NCBI RefSeq assembly: GCF_963921235.1
Contig: NC_086097.1
Coordinates: forward strand, 12,896,001-12,960,000
Length of the DNA: 64,000 nucleotides
Origin: Mobula hypostoma
Lineage: Eukaryota
Reading direction: 5' to 3'
Shown here: in pieces, positions 34,204 to 46,894 of the stretch
Layout of the letters: each line of letters opens with the position of its first letter
How positions within the stretch are numbered: position 1 is the first letter of the stretch
Translations under genes and position numbers: made by a program
The notes under the pieces: generated by a model
What the model was told of the DNA's origin: nothing
The model's database searches: none
What the model saw: only the letters and a program-made list of their open reading frames with translations

Positions 34204-34854
34204 TTTCAAAATAAGATGACTCTTACTTTGAAACATTGATTTTTTGACACAGAGATGGAATTAGCCTCCCTGAAGTTAAGTTGGAAACAAAATCCACAGC
34301 CAATTTCAAAAAGACAATAACTAATTATTTGTATAGCATTAATGTGTGTCTCAAAATGGCTTGGATTGTTCATTGAGGTCTTCTGTTTGATGGAGCTCTT
34401 CTCTTCATCCAACCAGCCTCCTCCAATATTCACAATCTACTGCCTTTCCCAAACTGGTTCCCATTATAATGTTAAAGCCTCGAGATGAAGTCACCTGAGG
34501 GAATTGGTTGCCCACAGAGACATTATATTCCAGTATCAAAGAACAAAGAGCTTGCTGGTAGACGAGTACTTGAGTACTTGAAAATACAAACAAAAGCTAC
34601 TCCATGACCGACTACAGATAAATGAAATAACAGTGCTTGTCTGGATAATAAAAGTAACATAAAGACCAAAAATTTTGAAGGCCTAAAATAGTCTGAGATG
34701 TTTTAACTGGGCTTCTGTAAAATTTACTTTCCTATGTTTCATTTCCCTTTACAACAGCTAAATAAAATTTATGATAAAAGATTTGTAAGCATAAAGTTCA
34801 GAGGGATGGTTAAATCTTGGCCTCCAGGGTTAACTGCCTTGCATTCCAGATGTG

Positions 34855-35630
34855 TGGGTCCTCCCCTCCATTGAGCACATCTACACAGTGTCTTGTCACA
34901 GACAAAGCAGCATCCATACTTAATGATCCCCACCATGCAGGGTATGCTCTCTTCTTGCTGCTGCCATTAGGGACTACTACTACGTCGACTCAGGCCTAGG
35001 GGGCCTGCTTCAGGCACGATGACGGACTCTCCACTTCTCCTTCTCCCTCATCAGTGTGTTCAGTTCATCTACATTAGCTGTGCTGCTGTCTTCTAGGAGC
35101 GTGGAGACCATAGTCTTAGGAGGGCGCCCAGGGTTCATCCTCCCGTGCTTGGGCTCCCATATGATGACTAGGCTGGCAGGTAGCTCGGGGTGGCATAGAC
35201 AGTGCCATCAGGAAGAAGGTACAGAAGCCTCAGAACTCACACCACCTGGTTCAAGAACAATTATTACCTCTCAGCCATCAGGCTCTTGAACAAGAGGGTA
35301 TAACTTCACTGATCTTCACTCACCCCAACACGAAACTGCTCCCACAATCTATTGGCTCACTTTCAAGGACATTTCATCTCATGTTCTCGATACTTATTTC
35401 TTATTTATTTATTTATTATGATTTTGTTTGTTGTTTTCCTTTTTGTATTTGCGCAGTTCTCTTTTGCATATTGGTTGTGCATAATGTTTTGTGTGTTTTT
35501 TTTTGATTGACTCTATTGGTATTTCTTTGTACTTATTGTGAATGTCTGCAAGAAAATGAATCTCACGGTTGTATGTGGTGACATATATGTACTTTGATAA
35601 TACATTTACTTCATACTTTTTTGAACTTGG
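34855..35630 (+). mobile_element. Rex1/Babar 3' fragment interrupted by an RTE insert
   Basis: 'KAASILNDPHHAGYALFLLLP' resumes as 'ccatcaggaagaaggtacagaagcctcag' at 35205. Confidence 0.85.
34972..35202 (-). mobile_element. RTE-clade LINE 3' end
   Basis: Minus frame 'HCLCHPELPASLVIIWEPKHGRMNPGRPPKTMVSTLLED...EKWR'; (TAG)n tail; TSD tgccattagg / tgccatcagg. Confidence 0.82.
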
Positions 35631-35889
35631 TCTTTTTCTTTGCTGGGCCTCAGTCAGATTACCAAACTTCACACATGATAGTCATGGTGATTTCCAGTTT
35701 CTGTGATGTTGGACCTCCCGCTCAGTAATTTGGCTGATGAAAGCTACACAGATACACCTTGTGATGGAGTTGAGAACTTGAGTGGATTGTAGGAGGTCAC
35801 ACAGTTGTCAGTTGGTTTGCATGATAAGGGGAATCCTCAACATAATACAATGTAGGGGATTGTATATGAAAAGATTTTCCAAGATAAAA

Positions 35890-36450
35890 TAGAACCTAGA
35901 AGAGTACAACACAGTATGGATGCTTCATCCCACAATGTTGATCTTTTAGCCTACACCATGATCAATCCAACCCTTTCCTCCTATACAGCTGATACTTCTC
36001 CATTTTTCTCTCATCCATGCATTAGTGTTAGGGTTAGGGTATGCCTTAATGCTAACTTTAACCCTATCCCTACCTTAAATGATCCTAACATATCACCTTC
36101 TACCACCGCCCTAGCAGTGTTTTTCTGGCACCAGCCACACTCTATCTAAAAAGGAACCTTCCTCTGACATCTCCCTCTAAGCATTCCGCCACTCACTTTA
36201 AAACAGGAGTCCTGATATTTTTATGTCACGGACCCCTACCATTAATTGAGGGGGGTGTGGACCCCAGTGTGGGAACCCCTGCCTTAGAAGGACATCCTCT
36301 GGTATTAGCTATTCCCACCTGGGAAAAGTGCACTGGCTGTCTACTCAATCAGTGCCTCTTATCATCTTACACACCTCTATCAAGTTACCTCTCATCATCC
36401 TTCACTTTCCTTAGAACACACATTGTCTAATTCAGACAGCATTGTGATAA
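35890..36450 (-). mobile_element. Old CR1 3' fragment hosting a hAT MITE and a telomere-like insert
   Basis: 'cctcttatcatcttacacacctctatcaagttacctctcatc' is the reverse complement of RMRGNLIEVCKMIRG. Confidence 0.75.
36204..36281. mobile_element. hAT (Charlie-like) MITE
   Basis: caggagtcc...gggaacccctg; TSD-like ctttaaaa / ccttagaa; same family as 19781 and 46816. Confidence 0.72.
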
Positions 36451-36679
36451 ATTACAATTTAATTTAATGGTTCAAATGGTTAATTTTAATATCAGAGAAT
36501 GTAGGCAGTATATAACCTGAAATTCTTATTCTTCATAGACAATTTACAATACAATGATGCTATAATTTAATGCATATTTTACTGCTGATCAGGGTTGAAT
36601 TTCCAAACAGCTGAGCTTCTGGTCACCTGCTACTTTAAAAATTCATTCCTCTGCTAGTGTATATGCCACTTATGATATA

Positions 36680-36970
36680 TAAATCAAAATCAAAATCAGA
36701 TTTATTATTATTGACATATGACATGATATTTGTTGTTTTGTAGCAGGAGTACAGTGCAAGACAAATAATAGTGCAAATAGCTACAAATAATAATGCAAAT
36801 AGATAAATACTGCAAAAGAAGTATAGTGAGGTAGTGTTCATGGATTCGTGAACCATTCAATAATCTTATGGTGGAGGGGAAGAAGCTGTTCTTAAAATAT
36901 GTTGAGTTATGTGTCTTCAGGCTCCTGTCCCTCCTCCCTGATGTTGTAATGAAAAGGGGGCAGGTCCAGG
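36680..36970 (-). mobile_element. Rex1/Babar 3' fragment
   Basis: (AATCAA/G)n tail and 'gagggaagaagctgttcttaaa...gtcttcaggctcctgt'. Confidence 0.8.
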
Positions 36971-39949
36971 AGAAATGAATCCATCTAGCTAAGAATTCAT
37001 TTTTAAAGACACCAGAAACTTTTGAATATGCAGTAGTTAGAAATTAGAAGGATTAGCAACAGAGCCTGGGAGGGCTGATGGTGAAGAAATGCGAAGTGTC
37101 ATTTCAGTATAAAGTAAATGATATAACTTCAATGAAGGTGGAAGAAACAAGAGAAATCAATGAAGATGGCAGAGATTCTGGAGAAAGTTATTAAAGAAGC
37201 TAATGCCAATTTTGGTTGAAGAATCTGAGGTGTGGACAATTTCATCTATGACAGCGCAATAGTCATACCTGAACCTAATTACTTAATACTCTGAAGCTTG
37301 TTGAAGCCCCAAAGAGGGGTTTGAAGAGATTTGCTGGAATAGTTCCAGGCATATTGTTCTTTAGTAATGTGGAGAGACTGGACAAGCAGAGATTATTCCT
37401 GTCAGAATTAAAATGCTTAAGAAGAGATTTCATAACCACCAAAATCATGAAGGGGTTTTGACAGAGTAGATGGAGCACAATTGTTTCCATTGTCAGGATA
37501 TGATAGAAATTTGCTTTTCATCCAGGGCATGAGAGGCTTGTTGTTAACCATAGGTTTCTAGCATTGTAGCATAACCTTTCCAAAGGGCCAGTGTTGCTTG
37601 CAAGAAAGTTGAACTTCTATCCAATATTTCTTGCTCAGCTTTTGCTGTAAACAAGTAAACAATGAGATCTTGTAGGCCCAAAACAAAAGACAATGGGTTT
37701 ATGTTAATTGGCTTGCTTCAAATTAGACATCATTTGCTAAGTTACTTGCACCATTGTGACTGAGTTCAAGAATGTTTGCAGACCGGACTAATTTTGTCAC
37801 TTGGCATATAAACCACAGTCACAAGTATAGTTAATCGTTCAGTAGTTGGGATATGTGTACAATCAGAGAGTAATCCCTCAAAGCATTAATCTTGGATGTC
37901 TGGGATCTCTGTTACCAGAAAAATTTAGACCATCCGTGTGAATTACTCTGTCCCAGCAAAAGTATCTGAGGAACATCACAAGCGGTTAATGTCAGCTAGT
38001 AGCAAAACAGTATAAATGTTAGAAAGCATTAGAGATTGTTAGGAATGACAAGGAGAATGAGAGAAAGAAGAAACAGAATTCATTCCTCAATATTCAGTTT
38101 CAGTCACGCGACTCATTCACTGCAACTCTTGGGTATGTTCTTTTCGTTTGTAAGAATTATACCCATTTTTGAAAATACTTTGTTCTTTATATATCTTTTG
38201 CAATTCGGAAATCTTTTATAAATCAGAAATTCTAATCGAGTTTTAAATATGTGGCTAAGTACATGTAGTTTTAAATAGTTTTAACTGTTTGGCTAAATTT
38301 AAGCATGTATCATTCAAAAATTAAATAAACTGTGTTTAAACTACTTCACTCACCACCCACCGCTGAAGCAGTGGATATTGGCAGCTAGACTTGCTGCAGA
38401 GAGCAGATGGGGAAGTAAGCTTGTCTTTGATGTATAGGTGGATACAGTATAATCTCCCTATAGTGAGGGTACCCATAGAAACCTATATTGGATAGGTCTT
38501 AAAATCTCCTTTGGGTTTTGTGCTTTGTAGACAGTGAGCCCAATACCAGCACAAGGAGAGTCAGTAACCAGAGCCACAGAATTTGATAATTATCCTAAGA
38601 ACAAGTGGCAGCAGAGGGAAATGTTCTACAAAGCAAGTTATTATGGCCTGACGTTTACTACCTGGAAGCTGCTTGAACCAGGTTCAACTGCAGCTTTCAA
38701 AGGATAGCAGTTGGCAGGGAAACATTTGGAAAACCATTAGGAAAGTGCTCAGGGAATGACACTAATTGGATTCCTCTTCCAAAAAACTGGGCACATACAA
38801 GGTGGACCAAATAGCCTCTTTCAATGCACTTTCATTTTGTGATTCTATGCTAGTGTGAAAAATTAGCCACTTCACAATGGTTAAAACATGTATCATCATT
38901 CCTCTATATTCAAAGGCACCCACCCAATGCTGTTATTGGGTACTTTCTATAAATCTGTGTATTTTCAAATATTTAAGTAAGAATATTTCAACAAGAACAG
39001 CATTGCCGAAGGAGAGGTGGCCAAGTCCCATCGTGTTTATAAGATACCACCATTGATAGTGAGATTGCTTCAGGGCTACACTAATTCTCCATAGCTGCTC
39101 AATTAGTATTCAGTCTATTGTTAGCAGATACATGCATTGAATTTCAAGTCACCTGGGCCTTATGGACATCTGTGAACACTGAATATGACTCTGTTCTCAA
39201 GCTACAGCAACTCTATTAGACTGGACCTCTAAAACCTAGTCTTGACTGGCTTAGCACATCTAACAGCTGTTTGCTGTGGTAGCCAATCAACTGACAAAGA
39301 TCGCCACCAAATTTAATTAAACTCGGCCCTTTCCTTGGCAGCTAATGGCCGTGTAATGCAAAAACACTTTGTTCTCCCTTCCAGACTTCTAACCTTGAGG
39401 GTCAGACACTGACCAGACACACAAATAAGAGTCAAATTGTCGAGGAAGTAGACAGTCAAGTCTAAGCATTTAGATTGCTGACCCCCGACTTTTGCAAGGT
39501 CACCCTTTCTTGAAAGGATGGGCTCAGATTTCTCTGCCTGCTAACTTCATCTGATCCATGTTGAAGCAATATATATTTTTATGGTCACAGATGAGCAGCA
39601 CTTACCATTGTTAACATTTGCTAAGCAATCCATTGTGTTGCCCGTAATAGGTTTACTGTCAATGGTGCAGTATCTCTCTTTCCTGCTAGTCTATGAGCTG
39701 TACTGTAAAGCTGTCAAAACAATCCATCTTCTCTGAGTCTTATTAAAGCACAATAATACAGGAATATAATCAGGATTTTGATAATGAAGCAAATCCGAGT
39801 TTTAGATCTGGCTTTGATTAACATTTACTTAGGGCGGCGGGGAAAGTTTTATTTTATAAGCTTTAGCTGCAGTTTTAGTCTAACACATTTCACAAAGCAA
39901 ATATCTAATTGAACTGAGCACAAACAACTGGCACAACTATTACGTACTG

Positions 39950-40632
39950 ACATACTTACTGTCCGTAATGCCGCTGGTACTTAAGGCAGCAATGAAGGTC
40001 CTTTATCTCCAGTGGTGTTCAGAGCTTCCTTCATCATGTCAGTAGCTTCCACTTGATTTTCACTGCTGCCAGCCACGCAAGTCCCTGGTGGAGATTTGGG
40101 AATACCATCGGACTCAGATGTAGAATAATTCTTCTTTGCTGTTTCCGTAACAATTTTGTTTTTATCAGTCAGACTTGTCAGCCGTGAGCTGAACCCCAGA
40201 ACCGGGAAGGCTGGTGGACCACTCTTAGTCTGTCATCTAGCCTTTGACCTTTTTGGTGAATTGGTGAGTTTTGCAAGTTTGTATATTTATTATCAAAGTA
40301 TGTATTCATTATACAACCTTGAGATTCATCTCCTAACAGGAAAACCATGAAACAAAGAAACCCAAAAGAATCCATATATATAAAAAAGAAGACCGTCAAA
40401 CACCCTGTGTGCAGAGAAAAAAAAAACAATAACTGCAAGCAAATAGCATTTTGAACTGAAGTCCGTAAAGAGTTAATTGCAGAGCTAAATTGCGGAGCAG
40501 CGACCTGAACCCGCATGGGTGACCATACCAAGAGCCGAAGAATAAAGCCCTGACTCCAGCCAATATAGCTCTCTGTATCACTGAGGCACGCAAACCTCCA
40601 AGCCATGACAAGGTTGTGGTCCTTTTGGAAGA
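39950..40632 (-). mobile_element. Non-autonomous RTE element (5' UTR fused to 3' end), split by a LINE UTR insert at ~40270-40510
   Basis: Reverse complement is collinear with 53707-54099; (AGTA)n tail. Confidence 0.78.
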
Positions 40633-40919
40633 CACCAATTATGTAAGTGCCTTTAAGTTTGGGCTGAACAGCCTTCAGACATTTAGCAGGATGGTGATGT
40701 CTGTTTGTATGGTGTTTTTTTTAGGGGTAATGAATTAAAGGCATGAGACAAGAAATATTTTGCAGAGAGGTAAAGAGTTTGTATATTCTGTTCTCGTAGC
40801 AAGAAATTAAAATCTCAAAGCTATTAATAGAAGTATCATTAAGCAAATTTTGAATACACATAAGAAGGCTGAAGAATGGATGACCAAAAAGTGCATTTAA
40901 AAGACAATCTTTAAAGATA

Positions 40920-41092
40920 TAGTACTGTCCAAAAGTATTAGGAGCCCACGGTGCTCCACCCTCGCCATTCCCAACATCCTTTGTTCCCAACAGATTTACA
41001 AACTCACTCTCCTCTCCACATTGACAAATACAGTGCAGAAGTCACTGGCACCTTAGCTATAAGTATGAGCCTAAGCCTTTTGCACAGTACTG
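40920..41092. mobile_element. Tc1-like MITE
   Basis: TIRs tagtactgtccaaaagtattagg / cctaagccttttgcacagtactg; degenerate internal TIR copy at ~41029-41052. Confidence 0.7.
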
Positions 41093-41814
41093 CATGAAGA
41101 AAAGGAAAGGCAAAGGGATTTACAGAAGAAATTCTGGATTTTAACGACATCAGAGTTAAAGGCACTTGGTGAAATGATATTTGTCATAAGATGGTTATAA
41201 TAATTCACTTCTGAATGGGGTTTGCACGTTCCCCCTGTGACCACATGAGTTTCAAGTTCAAGTTTAATTGTCATTCAGCTATACACATGAAGACAGCCAA
41301 ACGTAACAACATTCCTCTGGGGCCAAAGTGCAATATATGGTACTCATAGTCACAGACAGCACACAGCACATATAGTTACGATAGCAGGAAAGCATACAAA
41401 CACACAATCTTTCCTCTGCCTGATCTGGTTTCCTCCCACATTTCAAAGACATACAGTCACGGTTAGTGAGTTGTGAGCATGTTACATAGGCTCCAGAAAC
41501 ACACCAACACTTGCAGGTTGCCCAGTACATGGCATAAATGATGATACACATGATGCATTTCACTGTAAGTTTCGATGTAAATGTGACAAATAAAATCATT
41601 CTTATCAAATCTCATTAGCTGTAATGTAACAAAGAAATATCAGACCAACAAATTGGGCTTGTCTTTGAAAGTCATCAGTGTAACAATTCAGCATCAAGGA
41701 TTTGCTATTAAAATGATCAAACTGAGTATGACAACAACACCTTAATATCTTCAGCAAAGCTTAATTGCACATGTCATTTGACCTGTCGGCATGATAAATA
41801 GCCACAGGCTAATT

Positions 41815-42100
41815 TTATTTATTTATTTATTGAGATAAAGCGTGGAATAGGCCCATCCGGACCTTCAAGCTGTGCTGCCCAGCAACCCCTGATTTCACCC
41901 TAGCCTAATAACGGGACAATTTACAATGACCAATTAACCTATCAACCGGTACTTCTTTGGACTGTGGGAGGAAACTGGAGCACCTGAAGGAAACCCATGC
42001 AGACACAAGGAGAACGTATAAACTCCTTACAGACAGTGGCAAGAAATGAACCCGGGTTGCTGGTACTGTAAAGCGTTGTGCTAACCATTACATTATCATG
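41815..42100 (-). mobile_element. V-SINE
   Basis: Complete head, V-domain and tail in reverse complement. Confidence 0.9.
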
Positions 42101-42343
42101 CATCACATGAATGAAAGGATTAGCCCATTCAAGCTTGTATCTTGAGATTTCTGGCAGGACTATCTAAGAATCTGGCCATTGTCGAAATCAGTCTGGTTTC
42201 AGTGGGAAAGGACAGCCTTCCATTCTGAGGCTGTGCCCTCTGGTCCTAGACTCCCCACTATAGGAAACATCCTCTCCACACCCGTTCCATCTGGCTTTTC
42301 AATATTTGATAGATTTCAATGTGATCCCACCCTTCATTTTTCT

Positions 42344-42462
42344 TCCTTCACTCTTCCTTCAGTTAGTCCTGACGAAGGGTCTCGGCCTGAAACGTCGACT
42401 GCACTTCTTCCTAGAGATGCTGCCTGGCCTGTTGCATTCACCAGCAACTTTTATGTGTGTTG
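42344..42462 (+). mobile_element. 119-bp Penelope-derived insert with perfect 12-bp TSD, inside a CR1 fragment
   Basis: cttcatttttct at 42332-42343 and 42463-42474. Confidence 0.85.
42364..42401 (+). ncRNA. Minimal type I hammerhead ribozyme motif
   Basis: Stem I TAGTC/GACTG, core CTGACGA, stem II AGG-gtctcgg-CCT, GAAA, CG, cleavage triplet GTC; activity untested. Confidence 0.7.
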
Positions 42463-42824
42463 CTTCATTTTTCTAAATGGATCTGCTTAGTGTTGCCAGC
42501 AATTTATGTGTCATCCCAGATATCAGGCATCCATGGTCTTATTTTTGATTCACATCAGCTCCAACCTCCCCTAATATTAGGCAGACACTGCTGTACTGCT
42601 CATAGCCCGGAGTGAAGAAGCCAACGCATTCACCCTGGGTATTTCTCTCCTCTCCCCTCTCAAGGGGCAGGAGATACAAAAGCCTAAAAGCACAAACCAC
42701 AAGGCTCAATATATACACATAACAGTTTTCGCAGACATTGGAAATCCAGAGCAGGTCAGCCAGCATCTATGGAGAGAATCAAACAGTTGACAATTTGGGC
42801 CAAGACCGTTCACCAGGACTTCAT

Positions 42825-43685
42825 ACTTATTTATTTATTTAGAGACAGTGCACAGTAGGCCCTTCTGGCCCGTCGAGCCACACCACTCAGTAATGCCCAA
42901 CTTGATCCTAGTCCAATCATGGGACATCTTGCAATAACCAATTAACCTACCAACAGGTTCGTCTGTGGACAGTGGGAGGAAACCAGAGCACCCAGAGGAA
43001 ATCCGTGCTATCACGGGAAGAATATGCAGTCTTCTTACAAGCAACAGCAGGAACTTGCAGGCAATGGTGAGGCCTAATTCGGAGTATTGTGTGCAGTTTT
43101 GTTCACCTACCTACAGGAAAAATGTAAACCAGATTAAAAGTGTACAGAGAAAACTAACAAGGATTCTGCCGATACTGGAGGACCTGAGTTTTAAGGAAAC
43201 ATTGAATAGGTTTGGACTTCATTCTTTAGAATGTAGAAGACTGAGAGGAGATTTGATAGAGGTATACAAATTTATGAAGGGTGAATATAAGCAAGCTTTT
43301 TCCACTGAGGTTGGGTGGGACTAGAACTAGAGGTCATAGGTTAAGGATGAAAGGTGAAGTGATTAAGGGAACATGAGGGGGAACATCTTCACTCAGAGAG
43401 TCGTGAGAGTTTGGAATGAGCTGCCAGCCCAGGTAGGGCATGCGAGTTTGTTTTCAACACTGAAGCGAAGTTTGGTTTGGTACATAGTTGGTAGGGGTAT
43501 GGAGAGCTATTGGGCTGGTGCAGGTCAATGGGAGTAGGCCATTTAATTGATTGAAGCATGGACTAGATGGGCTGAAGGGCCTGTTTTATGCTATGCTTTT
43601 CTATGACTCTATAACTCTATGAATTGAATACGGGTTGCTAGATTTGTAAAGTGTTGTACTAACCGCTATGCTACCAAACCACCCC
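42825..43685 (-). mobile_element. V-SINE split by a CR1 insertion
   Basis: Tail and V-domain at 42825-43058; tRNA head resumes at ~43621 'gaattgaatacgggttgct...actaaccgctatgctacc'. Confidence 0.8.
43059..43620 (+). mobile_element. 5'-truncated CR1 LINE
   Basis: 'MVRPNSEYCVQFCSPTYRK...RRLRGDLIEVYK'; (CTCTATGA)-like tail. Confidence 0.92.
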
Positions 43686-44349
43686 ACTTGATCTTGGCCT
43701 GAAATGTCAATTGTTTGTTCCTCTCCATAGATGCTGCCTGACCTGCTGAGTTCCTCTAGCATTATGAGTGTTCCAACAAACATAGGACAGTTTTAATATC
43801 ACTTTTATGACTGTTAAATATTTCCTCATGGTGATAACATGTCCTGTTGAGCTCACGTTCTACCTCGTTATGGACTTGCACCTCATTGTGTGACTGCCCG
43901 GCATTTTCTCTGCAACTATAACACTCCATTCTGCATTTTGACATTGCTTTCCATTGTTCTATCACAATACAATGTTGTAATGAGTTAAGTTATCTGTATG
44001 GATGGCGTTCAAGCATGTGACAATAACAAAACCATTTGCTAATCTACTAGCCCTTCATTGTTTCTCTATAGGTGTCATAGACCAGCCTACCTAGCATTGT
44101 AAGAGCACTATCACCACAAGGAATACATTGAAGGACTTAGCACCACTTTCAGGAATGGGTTGCCGATACGCCTGAGTCTAGATGGACCGAAGGGCCTGTT
44201 TCTGTGCTGTACTTTTCAATGACTCATCCTCACTGTAGTCTAAGTTGAACGAACTCTTAATGAAAAATACCTACACACTTGTGAATGTAATGTGGGATGA
44301 AGCAGACTTTGGTTGGAGAAAACCTGAACCTTATTAGATGCAGAGGTAT

Positions 44350-44650
44350 ATTTTATTTATTTATTCATTGAGAGTCAGCAGAGAGTAGGCCTTTCTGGCC
44401 CTCCAAGGCATGCTGCCCAGCAATCCCCTGATTTAATCCTAGCCTAATCACGGGACAAGTTACAATGCCCAATTAACCTACCAGCTGGTATATCTTTGGA
44501 CTGTAGGAGGAAAGCAGAGCACGCAGAGGAAACCTACGTGGTCACAGGGAGAACGTAAGAACTCCCTACAGACAGTGGTGCGAATTGAACTTAGGTCACT
44601 GGTACTGTAAAGCGTTGTGCTAACAACTATGTTACCAGTCCGCCCCACCT
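44350..44650 (-). mobile_element. V-SINE
   Basis: Complete head, V-domain and tail in reverse complement. Confidence 0.9.
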
Positions 44651-45766
44651 TAGGATGCATTGGAACGCATCATCAGTGAAGTAACTGATGACAATCAGGG
44701 CATGAGTGGATAGGGGAGAAGGCAGGAGATTGGGGCTGAGAGGAAAATTGGATCAGTCATGGTGAATTAGAAGAGTGGATCAGATGGGACAAATGGCCTA
44801 TTTCTGCTAATATGTCCTATGGTAACCTGGGGTTATCGGGTGTTTGGGTCTTTCAACGTCAGCCAGCCTCGACCAGGTGGCCCAGCCAGTGTTGATCAGG
44901 TCCTGGCCTGTGTCCCAGCAGCATTGTTTTAAAATTCCCTTTCACAAAGCTATCAAAAATGCATGTATTTTTCATTTAAAAATAATAGGAATTATTCAAA
45001 TCCATGGCCCTGAAAGAGTTAATAGTTTCTGTAATGTAAATACAGAAATCTCATGGGTCATTAGGTCATTAGGCTTCTGATCTGTGTTGGGCTTAAAGGG
45101 CAAATTACTTAGGAAAATATTAATTCTCTTGATTGCGGCATTTAGATGACAAACCCCACAAAATCATATTGCTTGTGCCTGCACCATCCTCTGAGATTAT
45201 CATTACTCGGCATAAAATAAATGGCCATTAATGGCTCACTGCATCTTGGGTAGCTGCAAGAATCCAATGGGGAGGTGTAGCAGGTACTATTACTGTCCTT
45301 TAATTATTAATATCTCCCACGGGAGGACAGCAATGTACTACAACAAGCTTTTTGAAAGTTGCACTGTAATATAGTATAATGCGTTTTTGAACCCATTACC
45401 TCCAATAGTATCTCATTATCTCTTCTCACATTTGCTTAGTTTATGGCTGTGTGTGAGCCAGAATGCAGATAAATCAGGTTTACAATGAAATCGAGCCCAA
45501 AGGCCAATGCCCAGATTTCATTGTTCCTGAAGTAGTGGATCGCATTTTCTGTGTGCCATCATGATATTTAACATGGTACAGAATATATAATAATTGTATA
45601 GCGCCCAGCCTAACAACTGAAGATTACTATGCAGGAACATTAGTGATTCAATTATTTAATGTGGATCAAAACAAAAAGGGTAGAGCATATGCATAAAATG
45701 TTGATTGATAAATTTGCTCTAGTATCTGCTTTTATAGGTTAGATTGCTTTTAATTTTCCTTGACAG

Positions 45767-45784
45767 ATTTTGCTGAAATTTCTG
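45767..45784 (+). other. Candidate 18-nt microexon
   Basis: ttttaattttccttgacAG|ATTTTGCTGAAATTTCTG|GTGAGT; frame-preserving; host gene unknown. Confidence 0.3.
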
Positions 45785-45964
45785 GTGAGTGATATTGCAG
45801 TGATGTTACCACAACTGACATCATTTTACCAGGTCAGGGAATAATGTATTTCCTTAAACAATGAGTTTCAAGGATTGTGAAATTAACAAAAGAAAGATGT
45901 GCAAGTTAGTGACGTAATTCAATGTCAAATCAGATTCATGAGCAAGTCCTTATCGGAAGATCAG

Positions 45965-46720
45965 AGGTGAAGATGGTTAGCAACTTTAAGTTCCTTGGTG
46001 ATATTATGTTGGAGGACCTGTCCCGGGCCCAGCAATTATGAAGAAAGCATGGTAGTGTCTTCGCTTGCTCAGAAGTTTGGAAAGAATTAGCATGATGCCT
46101 AAAACTTTAAGAAACTTCTATAGGTGTGTAGTGGAGTGTATATTGACTGGCTGCATCACAGTCTGGTATGGGTCAGTAATGCACTTAAATGGAAAATCCT
46201 GCAAAGGATACAGCCCAGTCCATCACGGGTAAAGCCCTCCCCACTATTGAGCACATCTACATGAAACTCTGTTGCAGGAAAGCAGCATCCATCATCAGGG
46301 ATTTCCACCACCCAGGATATGTGTTCTTCTCACTTCCAATAGGTTCACGAGCCTCAGGACTCACACCACCAGGATTAGGAACAGTCACTACCCCTCAACC
46401 ATCAGGCTTTTGAACCAAAGGGGATAATTTCACTCGGCTTCACTTGCCCCATCATTGAAATGTGCCCACAGCTTACGTGCCCACTTTCGAGGACTCTTCA
46501 TCTGACGTTCTCGATATTTATTATTTACTTATTATTATTGTTTCTTGTTGTCTTCTGCACACTGCTTGAATGCCCTAGTTAGGTGGTCTTTCGTTGATTC
46601 TGTTATAGTTAATATTCTACAGATCTGTTGAAAATTCCCACATGAAAATGAATCTCAAGGTTGTATATGATGACATATATGTTCTTTGATAATAAAATTT
46701 ATTTCAAACTTTGAACTTCA
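45965..46720 (+). mobile_element. Rex1/Babar RT C-terminus and 3' UTR
   Basis: 'VSNFKFLGDIMLEDLS', 'NFYRCVVECILTGCITVWYG', 'AQSITGKALPTIEHIY..CRKAASIIRD'. Confidence 0.9.
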
Positions 46721-46815
46721 GAAAGAAAAATAAAGTGAGTAAAAGCAAAAAAAAATAAATCTTTCACTTAAAAAATGGTCCTTTTAACATCTCTAACAAC
46801 AGTTAATGTCCGCTG

Positions 46816-46894
46816 CAGGGGTTCCCAACCTTCTTCATGCCATGGACCAATACCATTAAGCAAGGGGCTACGGATCCCAGGTTGGGAACTTCTG
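46816..46894. mobile_element. hAT (Charlie-like) MITE
   Basis: caggggttcccaacc / ggttgggaacttctg TIRs. Confidence 0.8.

Noticed and set aside
39600..39720. Minus-strand exon ending at a GTAAGT donor
   Set aside because: The best acceptor gives stops in all three frames; the one open frame lacks a pyrimidine tract.
44930..45022. piggyBac-like end 'ggccctgaaagagttaa'
   Set aside because: No matching opposite terminus found.
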